This document shows, piece after piece, positions 52,501 to 64,000 of a stretch of 64,000 bases of DNA. The position numbers and the translations under genes are program-made. Under the pieces are notes generated by a model. The model did not search any database. It was not told the origin of the DNA and worked only from the letters and a program-made list of their open reading frames with translations. The stretch is from Malacoraja senta (Eukaryota), in contig CM075997.1 of the NCBI GenBank assembly GCA_038087875.1, positions 4,466,001 to 4,530,000 on the forward strand, given 5' to 3'. The stretch's first letter is position 1. The number at the start of each line of letters is the position of its first letter.

Positions 52501-55500
52501 GCAGCCGCGTAGGCCCCAGCCTGAATCGAATGCCTTCAAGAGGAGGGAATTTGGAAATGAAAGAAAATACCGGGCTCTCGAGGAAGCCTGTTAGAGATTT
52601 TTTCGGATTGCAACGTTAATAATCTGCTAATGACACCATTTACATCAATTGCTCTTAAACCAAATAGAGCTGGGGAAGGCCTCTTGACAAGTGACCACTC
52701 GATTCTCTGGTTCTTATTAGAAAGAAATTGCCCAAAATTAGAGCAGGTTCTGTCAGAATCAATGAGATGAATTGGCATGCTTGTACCTCTGCCACTTTGA
52801 CCGAATTTGAGTTCAGTCACGTGTAACTCGACAAGACTAATGATCCCAATTGGTGTGCATTACCAGTCTGTTCATAATTAACTCACTTCACAGGACATTT
52901 GTACTGAAAACAGAGGCCATCTCGAAACACTTAACAGTGTCGCCACACCATTTCCCCTTGACCACTACTCACCTCCTACATCCCACACCCCACCCTCCCC
53001 ACTTCCCGACACCACCCCCACCACATCTTAGATGCACAGAGTCTCTGAGAATCACACGTGGCAGAGGGAGAGGTTGAGCAGGCTGGGACTCTATTCCCTG
53101 GAGCGCAGGAGGATGAGGGGTGATCTTATAGAGGGGAATAGATCGGGTAGACGCACAGAGCCTCTTGCCCAGAGTAGGGGAATCGAGGACCAGAGGACAT
53201 AGGTTTAAGGTGAAGAGGAAAAAAATTCATCGGAAAATGAGGGGTAACTTTTTCATACAAAGAGTGGTGGGTGTATGGAACAAGCTGCCAGAGGAGGTAG
53301 TTGAGGCTGGGACTATCCCAACGTTTAAGGCAGGTACATGGATAGGACAGGTTTGGAGGGATATGGACCAAACGCAGGCAGGTGGGACTAGTGTAGCTGG
53401 GACATGTTGGCCGGTTTGGGCAAGTTGGGCCGAAGGGCCTGTTTCCACACTGTATCCCTCTGACTCTGTGACTCTCTTGCCCTCCACAAACACCCTTTGT
53501 TTAATTCATGGGGCACAGACTCCAGATCTGCTGTCGCTGTTCCCAACACAAGGAGATGTCTTAAAGAATCTCCTCAGGTTATGAACTCCTATTAAATCTT
53601 TCCCCCCCCCCTCACCTAAAACCTATGGCCCCTGGTGCTCGATTCCCCTACTCTGGGCAAGACTCTTCGTGCGTCTACCCGATCTATTCCTCTCATGACT
53701 TTGTTCACACTTAGCATGGAAACGGATGTCAGAGGTTATGGGGAGAAGGCAGGAGAATGGGGTTAGGAGGGAGAGATAGATCAGCCATGATTGAATGGTG
53801 GAGTAGACTTGCTGGGCCGAATGGCCTAATTCTACTCCTATTCCTTATGACCTTACGACCTTATGGAAACAAGCCCACCAAGTCCACACCGACCATCCAT
53901 CACCCGTTCACACTAGTTCTAAGTTATCCCACTTTCTCATCCACTCCCTATACACTGGGGGCAATTTTAGACAGGGCCAATTAACCTACAAACCCGCACG
54001 TCTTTGGGATGTGGGAGGAAAACCGGAGAAAACCCACCCAGTCACGGGGAGCACATGCAAACTCCGCACAGTCAGCACCCGAGGCCAGGATCGAACCCTT
54101 GTGTCTGGCGCTGTGAGGCAGCAGCTCTACCCGCTGCAACACTCTGATATGCAGACTAGGAGGATCATTAAGGAGGATCACTAGAAGGAGGATCCCTCCC
54201 TTCCCAGTCACTGTTGCTGAAAGTGTGAGAAATTCCAGCAGAGGTTGTATGACTGAATGGAATGGTTTATTGTCACTTGTGGCAGGTCACAGTGAGATTC
54301 TTTGCTTGCGTCCCCAAGGTATGCAAATAGTCGCTACATAAAGGGCGCTGACATAGTTACAAAGTACCCCCGCGCCAGGTCCCCCTTTGTTCTTTCCCCT
54401 CCTCCCCCTCCTTCACGGTGCTCCCCCCATGCCGGGTCCCCTTTGTCCTTCCCTCAGCAGCGGTGTCCTCACTTCCACGTGTGCGCCGTCGTCCGTCGGT
54501 CGGCGCCATCACCGACCGCCGCACCGATCTCTCCACTATCACCGCCGGGTCCTCTCTGGACGCCTCCGTCGGCCGTGGGCTCCGTCGACCCACGAGGCTC
54601 CACCTCCGACCAGCGAGGCTCCGACCTCGCATTCTCAGCGGGACCTCCGGAAGGCGTCCATTGTCAGGACCTATTGCCAGGCAGGTTGACTCCACAGGCA
54701 ACAAACAATCTTTCAACTTTGGAGATACCGTGTGGAAACAGGCCCTTTGGCCCACCGAGTCCGCGCCGCACCGAGTCCACGGCGCACCGTGTCCACGCCA
54801 CACCGAGTCCGTGGCCCACCAAGTCCGCGCCAAGGAAAAACTTTTTCACACAGAGAGTTGTGAGTGTGTGGAATTCTCTGCCTCCGAGGGCGGTGGAGGC
54901 CGGATCTCTGGATGCCTTCAAGAGAGAGCTAGATAGAGCTCTTTGGGATACCTGAGTTAAGGGATATGGAGAGAAGGCAGGAACGGGATACTGATTGTGG
55001 ATGATCAGCCATGATCACATTGAATGGTGGTGCTGGCTCGAAGGGCCGAATGGCCTACTCCTGAACCTTATTGTCTATTGTCTATTGACCAGCAATAACC
55101 CCGTACACTAACCAGTATCCCACACAATAGGGACAATACTATTGAAGCCAATTAACCAACAAACCTGCACAAATCCTCATCTCCCCATCTCCATTTTCAG
55201 CCTCCTTTTGTTCTGAGGCTGATGATAAACTAGAGCAGGTCTTAAACCCTTGTCCCATGGTGCGAGTTCATTCCAAGAGCTCCCCCGAGTTTAGAAAAAA
55301 TCAAACTCGTGGTAAGCACGGAGAATGAACGTAGCGGGTACATCGGAGCTAGGGGACGTCTCTTAGCGCTAACGGCAGGTACTCGGGAAGACTCGCTAAC
55401 GGCAGGTAAGCACGAGAAGACTCGTGAAGATTTTTCAACATGTTGAAAAATGTCCACGAGAGCCCCGAGTACCGACAAGCGGCCATTACCATAAATCTCC

Positions 55501-58500
55501 GAGTTCGAATCAGGGAGAGCTCTTGGAATGAACTCGTACCGTGGGACAGGGCTTTTACATAGTAAATTGTAGGGTCCATGGGAAGGCTGTAGCTCGGAGG
55601 GCAGGTACATACAGTAAATCTATGAAAGTGGCAACCAGTTAAACTGGGTGGTGAAGAAGGTGTTCGGCATGCTTCATCGCTCAATATACCGAGCACAGGA
55701 ATCGGGCAGCTTACAACCCAGCTGATCAACACAAACTGCTGGAGTAACACAGCCGGACAGGCAGCATCTCTGGAGAGAAGGAATGGGTGATGTTTCGGGT
55801 CGAGACCCTTCTTCAGACTCCTGACAGTCGCAGATAGTCTGAAGAAGGGTCTCGACCTGAAACAAACAAACATTAATAGTGCACAGAAAAAAACACTGCC
55901 CCCAAGCCTATGTAGTTCGGAGCTTGTTTGCCGGTTGTAGTGTTTAATAGCCTGATGGCTGTAGGAAAGAAGCTGTTCCTGAACCTGGATGTTACAGTTT
56001 TCAGGCTCCTGTACCTTCTTCCCGATGGCAGGGATGAAATGAGAGCGTGGCCAGGGTGGTGTGGGTCTCTGATGATGCTGGTTGCCTTATTGAGGCAGCG
56101 ACTCCTGTAGATCCCTTCGATGGTGGGGAGGTCAGTACCCGTGATGGACCGGGCAGTGTCCACCGCTTTTGGCAAATCTTCTTCACTCCTGGGAGTTCGA
56201 GTTGCCAAACCAGGCCGCGATACAACCAGTCAATATACTCTCGACTGTACACCTGTAGAGGTTCAAGAGAGAACTCTCTGATAGACCGAATCTCCTCAAT
56301 CCTCTAAGGAAGTAGAGGTGTCGTTGAGCCTAAAATGGATTCAGAAAGCTGGTCACTGACCAAAATGTCTCCCATCCATGATGGAGAAAGAACTGCAGAT
56401 GCTGGAAAAATCGAAGGTGGACAAAAATGCTGGAGAAACTCAGCGGGTGAGGCAGCGTCTATGGAGCGAAGGGATAGGTGACGTTTCGGGTCGAGACCCT
56501 TCTTCGAAGGAATAGGTGACGTTTTGGGTCGAGACCCTTCTTCAAAGGAATAGGTGACGTTTCGGGTCGAGACCCTTGTTCGAAGGAATAGGTGACGTTT
56601 CGGGTCGAGACCCTTGTTCGAAGGAATAGGTGACGTTTCGGGTCGAGACCCTTGTTCGAAGGAATAGGTGACGTTTCGGGTCGAGACCCTTGTTCGAAGG
56701 AATAGGTGACGTTTCGGGTCGAGACCCTTCTTCAAAGGAATTGGTGACGTTTCGGGTCGAGACCCTTCTTCAAAGGAATAGGTGACGTTTCGGGTTGAGA
56801 CCCTTCTTCAAAGGAATTGGTGACGTTTCGGGTCGAGACCCTTGTTCGAAGGAATAGGTGACGTTTCGGGTCGAGACCCCTTCGGGTCTCGACCCGAAAC
56901 GTCACCTATTCCTTCGCTCCATAGATGCTGCCTCACCCGCAGCGTTTCACCAGCATTTTTGTCTACCTATCCATGTCGGATGTCACCACTTTCTGCGAGC
57001 TTCTTCATTCAATGCACTCCAGTGCAATGCCTGGGATAGTGGACTGTTTTAAACTTGCTCTGCAATTATAAGTTGTTGCTTTTGCAAACTCCATTCCTGC
57101 CGTCCCCCTTGGTAAAGAGATTTTGCAGGTCAAGCATTGGTGCTAGACTATGCGTTTGCCCGGGAGAACTTGCTGAGTTCAAGCAAACAGTTGAAGGAAA
57201 TGGTACTCGGGAGATTTCACAACATTATTGCTGGAGAGAAGGTTTCGGAGCCCAGTTGATGGTTTGTGGCCATTTCTCTGGTTGCACACCGAGTGTTTAT
57301 CCAATCTGAATTGTTTTGATTTATTTGGTTCCCAATGAATTATTAACACTGTGGGGATTGAAGTCAACAATCGACTGATGTTGCCGATGCTGCTACATTT
57401 ACTGAGGAGGATAAGGGAACGAGAACTCACAGAAGAGTATAGGGGGTATGGACAGAGGAGAAAATGAATGGACTTTTCCCCTTGGTAGAGGTGTCATAGG
57501 TTGATGTGATAGGAGCACAATGAGGCCATTCAGCTCATCAAGTCTACTCCACCATTCAATCATGGCTGATCTATCTCTCCCTCCAAACACCATTCTCCTG
57601 CCTTCTCCCCAAAACCCCTTACACCCGTACTAATCAAGGATCTACCCATCTCTGCCTTAAACATATCCATTGACGGCCTCCACAGCCTTGAATTCCACAG
57701 ATTCACCACCCTCTGACTGAAGAAATTCACACACACACAGGCCCTTGACCCCACAATATCTGTGCCGAACTTGATGCCAAGCCCACCTCTTATGCAGCTG
57801 AACATAACACATGTTCCATACACACAGATCCCTGTGGAACGTCACTGGTCACAATCCCCCATTCCTTCAGTTATTCCCTGAGATGAGAACTGTATTCGAG
57901 CAACCAGTTATCCTAGAGGGTTTAGTTTAGTTTAGAGATAGAACATGTAAACAGGCCCATCGGCCCACCGAGTCCACGCCGACCAGCGTTCCCCGCACAC
58001 TGGCAATATCCTACACACAGTAGGCACAATTTACAATTTTACCAAAACCAATTAACTTACAAACCTGTACGTCTTTGGAGTGTTGGAGTGTTGTATTTCC
58101 TCCTGAACGACCCACTGTAAATGGATCGATTGTAATCATGTATTGTCTTTCCGCTGACTGGATAGCACGCAACAAAAGCGTTTCACTGTACCTCGGTACA
58201 CGTGGCAATAAACTAGACTGAACTGAAACTGACACCAGCGGTCCCCATAAAGTAAAGGGGTCTGTCCCACTTAGGCGATTTTTTAGGCGACTGCCGGAGT
58301 CCAGGTAGTCACAACATGGTCGCCGGGGTGTCGCCTGTATGGTCTTGAGTCGTCTCCTCAGTCACCCAAAGAGTCGTAGCATTTTTCTGGTCGCCGCTGG
58401 ATTTTGAAATGTTCCAAACCTTTCAGCGACAGTCGGCGACCCGTGGGCATGTCATAGCTTGTCTTCTCCTGACGTAGGTGCTGTCGTAGGTTGTCGCCAG

Positions 58501-60022
58501 GTGACGTAGGTTGTCGCCCTTGCTGCCTTCGGTGAATTCCATTGTCGTAATGGCCGGCAGCCACCTAAACAATCGCCGAAGTGGGACAGGCCCATTAGGC
58601 CAGTCGCTGGTTTTTCGGTGACCTGCTACGACTATGACAGTCGCCTAAAAAAAATCGCCTGGTGGGACAGGCCCTAAACGCTATCCTACACTCTATGGAC
58701 AATTTACAATCTTTACCAAAGCCAATTAACTGACAAACCTGAGATAGACACAAAATGCTGGAGAAACTCAATCATCTCTGGAGAAAATGAATAGGAGACC
58801 TTTCGGGTTGAGACCCTTCATCAGACTGAGCATCACAGCCTGTTTCCTTTATCATCATTACTTTTTTGCATATCTTTCATTGATCTGTTCTGCAGTATAT
58901 CTCTCTATATCACCGTCTATATCTCTCGTTTCCCTTTCCCCTGACTCGATCCGAAATGTCACCTATACCTTTTCTTCAGAGATGCTGCCTGACCCGCTGA
59001 GTTACTCCAGCACTTTGTGTCTATCCTTAGTGTAAACCAACATTTGCAGTTCCTTGGTAGACACAAGACGCTGGAGTAACTCAGCGGGACAGGCAGCATC
59101 TCTGGAGAGAAGGAATGGGTGACGTTTCGGGTCGAGACCTTTCTTCAGACAGAGAGTCAGGGGAGTGGGCGGGACAGAGATAGAATGTAGTCGGGGACAG
59201 TGAGACTGGTGGGAGAACTGGGACGGGGGAGTGGATGGAGAGAGAGGGAAAGTAAGGGCTGCTTGAAGTTAGAGAAGTCAATATTCATACCACTGGGGTG
59301 TAAGCTACTCAAGCGAAATATGAGGTGCTGTTCCTCCAATTTGCGCTGGGCCTCACTCTGACAGTGGAGGAAGCCCAGGACAGAAAGGTCAGATTGGGAA
59401 TGGGAGGGGCAGTTGAAGTGCTGAGTAAACGGGAGATCAGGTTGGTTAAGACGGATTGAGCGAAGGTGTTCAGCGAAACGATCGGCGAGCCTGCGTTGGC
59501 CTTGCCGACGTAGAGAAGTTGACACCTGGAACAGCGGATACAGTAGATGAGGTTGGAGGAGGTGCAGGTGAACCTCTGCCTCACCTGGAAAGACTGTCTG
59601 GGTTACAGTAGATGAGGTACCTTCGATTTAAACCAGCATCTGCAGTTCTTGTTTACACATTTGCAGTTCCTTCCTACACTACCTACAAACCCACAGTTTA
59701 AGAATAAGGGGTAAGCCATTTCGAACGGAGATGAGGAAACACGTTTTCACACAGAGAGTGGTGAGTCTGTGGAATTCTCTGCCTCAGAGGGCGGTGGAGG
59801 CAGGTTCTCTGGATACCTAGAGAACTAGATAGGGCTCTTAAAGATAGCGGAGTCAGGGGATATGGGGAAAAGGCAGGAACGGGGTTCTGAGTCATTCATA
59901 ACTGTCACTGCATGTCATGTTGTTACGTGGGCTGATCACCAAGGCATATTCCTTGTATGTGAATACTTGGCCAATAAACTTACTTACTTACTGATTGTGG
60001 ATGATCAGCCATGATCTGATTG

Positions 60023-60879
60023 TCCGTTTTTTTTCCCCTTCTTTTTTATTATTTTTAGTACGTTGAGGGTGCAGTCAGGGGGCCTAATCTTTTTATGTGT
60101 GGGGGGTGGTGGGGGGGAAGGGGGAAACTGTTTTTCGAGTCCCTACCTGGTCGGAGGGGTTGCCTTACTCCGAGCAGCGCCTTCGACCCGTCCTCACGGC
60201 CTACCAGCGGGGCCTGGAGCGGCGTTTCCTGAGGGGACTTGACCAGAACCTCGGCTTCGGCGGCGGCACAGCGCTGGAGCGCTGTCGCGGAGCGGGCGAT
60301 GCCTTGTCTGGGTCGCCACGCTGGAACTCCGGTATGCTGGGACCGCCGACAAAAACATCGCGGAGCCGCGGGTCTGTGGAGCGGCCAGCTGCGGGGACCG
60401 CCGATAAAAATATCGCGGGTCTGTGGAGCGGCCAGCTGCGGGCGGCGGCGCTGATTTTAACATCGCGGAGCCTGGGATCTCTCGCCGAGATCGCCAGTAT
60501 GTGCAGCTCCGTCCAGAGCGGCCTGTTGGCTTGGAAGCCACGGTCTCCAGTAAGAAGGCGGCCGTTCCTGGCACCCCAAGCCGCTGAGAGGGTTCTCCCG
60601 ACGCCGGAGTACCATCACCCGGCGAGAACGGCCAGGAACATCGAGCCTCCGTAGCGGCGACTGTGGAGGCCTCAATAGGCCCGACTATGGGTGGACATGG
60701 GGATGGGGACTGGACTTTGTGCCTTCCACCACAGTGGGAACCATTGTGGGGGGATGTTTTTATGTTTAATGTTAAACTTCTTAATGCTATGTTGTATTTT
60801 TATTAGTGTGCTGCAAGGACATCTGAATTTCCCCTGAATAAGGGGATTAATAAAGTAAAATCAAATCAAATCAAATCAA
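60023..60879 (+). mobile_element. GC-rich non-coding retroelement, present only in the second copy
   Basis: Empty site at ~40897 (GATCTCATTGAATGG). ATTG at 60019-60022 and 60880-60883. Ends AATAAA-GT-(AAATC)n. Confidence 0.88.
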
Positions 60880-61967
60880 ATTGAATGGCGGTGCTGGCAC
60901 AAAGGGCAGAAGGACCTACCCTGCACCTATTGTCTATTGTACGTCTTTGGAATGTGGGAGGAAACTGGAGCACCCAGGGAAAACAATACGGGGTCACGGG
61001 GAGAACGTGCAAACTCCGTACAGACAGCACCCGCAGTCAGGATCGAACCCACGTCTATTGGCACTGTGAGGCAGCAACTCTACTGCTGCGCCACCATGTT
61101 ACTCTTTCAATGCCACACGGAGCTCCTTTCTGTGATGCAGTCTTCGGGAAAACAGAATTGGTGAACCATTCCCTGCTATCTCCTTGGTTAGGAGGATTTA
61201 GTTTCACAGAGGAAGCTGAAGAGACACTACACGATTCTCAGCTTGGCTTGAATAATGCAACTGGTGATGTTGATGAACCTGTGTTAGTCAGTGCCTGTAC
61301 ACCCAGAGGCAAGCTCCAGGCAAGTCTAACCATCCTCTCCATTGCCCTGTCAGCCCAGAGAGCAGGGGGGAGAGATGGACAGACTTCAACAGCCTCCATC
61401 TCTTCACCCACATGTCTGTCTCTCTATAATGTTATATCTATCACTACCTACTCAAAAATGTCCCCCCAGTCTTCATCACATTATCTAACCTTGAGACTAT
61501 TTATATATCTTTGCACATATCTATCTTTTACTCTCTATGTCTATCTGTCTAATATGGTCTATGTTATATATCAGTCTGAAGAAGGGTCTCGACCCGAAAC
61601 GTCACCCATTCCTTCTCTCCAGAGATGCTGCCTGCCCCGCTGAGTTACTGCAGCATTTTGTGTCTACCTATGGTCTATGTTAATCTATCTACCTGACTCT
61701 GACCTATGTTATGCAGCAACTCTTATCTAACAGTGTCTATCAGTCTACCTGTCTGCAGACACAAAATGCTGGTGTAACTCAGCGGGACAGGCAGCATCTC
61801 TGGAGAGAAGGAATGGGTGACGTTTCGGGTTGGGACCCTTCTTCAGGCTGATCAGGGGAGGGGGCGGTACAGAGATAATCTGTAGTCGGAGACAGTAAGA
61901 CTGGTCGTAGAACTGGGAAGGGGGAGGGGATGGAGAGAGAGGGTAAGTAGCAAGGGCTACTTGAAAT

Positions 61968-61968
<1 letters not shown>

Positions 61969-62032
<64 letters not shown>

Positions 62033-62033
62033 C

Positions 62034-62124
<91 letters not shown>

Positions 62125-62261
62125 CATCTATCCATCTATCCATCTATCCATCTATCCATCTATCCATCTATCCATCTATCCATCTATCCATCTATCCATC
62201 TATCCATCTATCCATCTATCCATCTATCCATCTATCCATCTATCCATCTATCCATCTATCC

Positions 62262-62332
<71 letters not shown>

Positions 62333-62349
62333 CATCTATCTATTTATCT
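61969..62349. repeat. (TATC)n microsatellite, second copy
   Basis: Directly visible. Confidence 0.98.
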
Positions 62350-64000
62350 GAAGGAACTGCAGATGCTGGTTTTCCAAAGTAACTCAGCAGGACAGGCAGC
62401 ATCTCTGGAGAAATGTGGAGAGAGGGTGATGTTTGAGATCGAGACCCTTCTTCATCTATCCATATTCCTGAACCATCACCTGTCCGTGTTCTCCAGAGAT
62501 GCTGCCTGACCTGCTGAATTACTCCAGCACTTTGTGCCCATCTGTATATTAACCAGCATCTGCAGTTCCTTGTGTCTTACTGTTGAGTGGGTTTGGACAA
62601 GGTTGGAAGAACATGTCGCTAGAATTAAAAAGATGTCCTGCAATTGTGGATTGCAAACCTATTGGCAATATCGCTTGATAACGAAAGTGAATATGATTGA
62701 TGAAGCCGATGATGCATCCATTGCCTATTAGCCTACGAACCTGACGTCTTTGGAGTGTGGAAGGAAACCGGAGCACCCGGAGAAAACATACGCAGGTCAC
62801 GGGGAGAACATGCAAACTCCGTACACACAGCACCCGTAGTCAGGGTCGAACCCGGGTCTCTGGCGCTGTGAGGCAGCAACTCTACCGCTGCGCCACCGTG
62901 CTGTAAATCTAGAGATGCCGCCTGACTGTCTGCCGTGGACAGAAGGCCGAGGACCTGCCTGGATGGTCCACTGTTTATCTTCGGTTCATACCAGCATCTG
63001 CAGTTCCTACCAACACCATCAGAGGAGGTTTACAAGAATGGTCCCAGGAATGAGTGGGTTAACCTACGATGAGCGTTTGTCGGCGCTGGGCCTGTACTCG
63101 CTGGAGTTTAGAAGAATGAGGGGGGGACCTCATTGAAACTTACAGAACAGTGAAAGGCCTGGATAGAGTGGATGTGGAGAGGATGTTTCCACTAGTGGGA
63201 GAGTCTACGACTAGAGGTCATGGGCTCAGAATTAAAGGATGTTCTTTTAGGAAGTAGATGAGGAGGAATTTTGTTAATCAGAGGGTGGTGAATCTCTGGA
63301 ATTCTTTGCCACAGACGGCTGTGGAGGCCAAGTCAGTGGTTATTTTTAAGGCAGAGATAGATAGAATCTTGATTAGTACGGGTGTCAGAGGTTATGGGGA
63401 GAAGACAGGAGAAGGGTTGGGAGGGAGAGATAGATCAGCCATGATTGATTAGCGTTGTAGACTTGATGGGCTGAATGGCCTAATTCTATCCCTATCACTT
63501 ATGACCTTACGACCTTATGATCTTAAGCTTAAAAACAACATATTACAATAGACAATAGACAATAGGTGCAGGAGTAGGCCATTCAGCCCTTCGAGTCAGC
63601 ACCGCCATTCAATCTGATCATGGCTGATCATCCCCAATCAGTACCCGTTCCTGCCTTCTCCCCATATCCCCTGACTCCACTATATTTAAGAGCCCTATCT
63701 AGCTCTCTCTTGAAAGTATCCAGAGAACCGGCCTCCACCGCCCTCTGAGGCAGAGAATTCCACAGACTCACAACTCTCTGTGAGAAAAAATGGTTTCCTC
63801 ATCTCCGTTCTAAATGGGTTATCCATTTATTCTTAAACTGTGGCCCCAGGTTCTGGACTCCCCCAACACCGGGAACATGTTTCCTGCCTCTTGCGTGTCC
63901 AAACCCTTTATAATCTTATATGTTTCAATAAGATCGCCTCTCATCCTTCTAAACTCCAGAGTGTACAAGCCCAGTCGCTCCATTCTCTCAGCATATGACA

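Larger units (their letters stand above)
49562..64000 (+). repeat. Direct duplicate of 30427-46719 (probable second haplotype / false duplication; runs off window end)
   Basis: 49562 TGCCGACCAACGCTCATC matches 30427 TGCCGACAAACGCTCATC (offset 19135). The ORF track repeats (e.g. 31559 vs 50694, 36735 vs 55873). The last bases GCATATGACA match 46710-46719. Confidence 0.97.

Overview
Repeat-saturated, apparently non-genic (intronic or intergenic) vertebrate DNA. It is most likely from an elasmobranch (skate/ray-like), judged by HE1-type V-SINEs paired with HER1/CR1 LINEs. No host protein-coding gene could be recognised, and nearly all listed ORFs are retroelement fragments or microsatellite translations. 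The window holds CR1, L2, Rex1/Babar, Tx1-like and Penelope-like (GIY-YIG) retroelement pieces, and more than 30 short Penelope-derived units carrying a minimal hammerhead-ribozyme core, including an 11-unit tandem array. It also holds a diverse set of PIF/Harbinger-type MITEs and a 1.5-kb TIR element with a 7-bp TSD that carries a spindlin/Tudor-like coding remnant. A 200-N gap at 49362-49561 is followed by a second copy of 30427-46719 (49562-64000). This is probably a haplotype/false duplication, and it exposes presence/absence differences: a young CR1 with an uninterrupted RT frame, an 857-bp non-coding retroelement and an 816-bp block.
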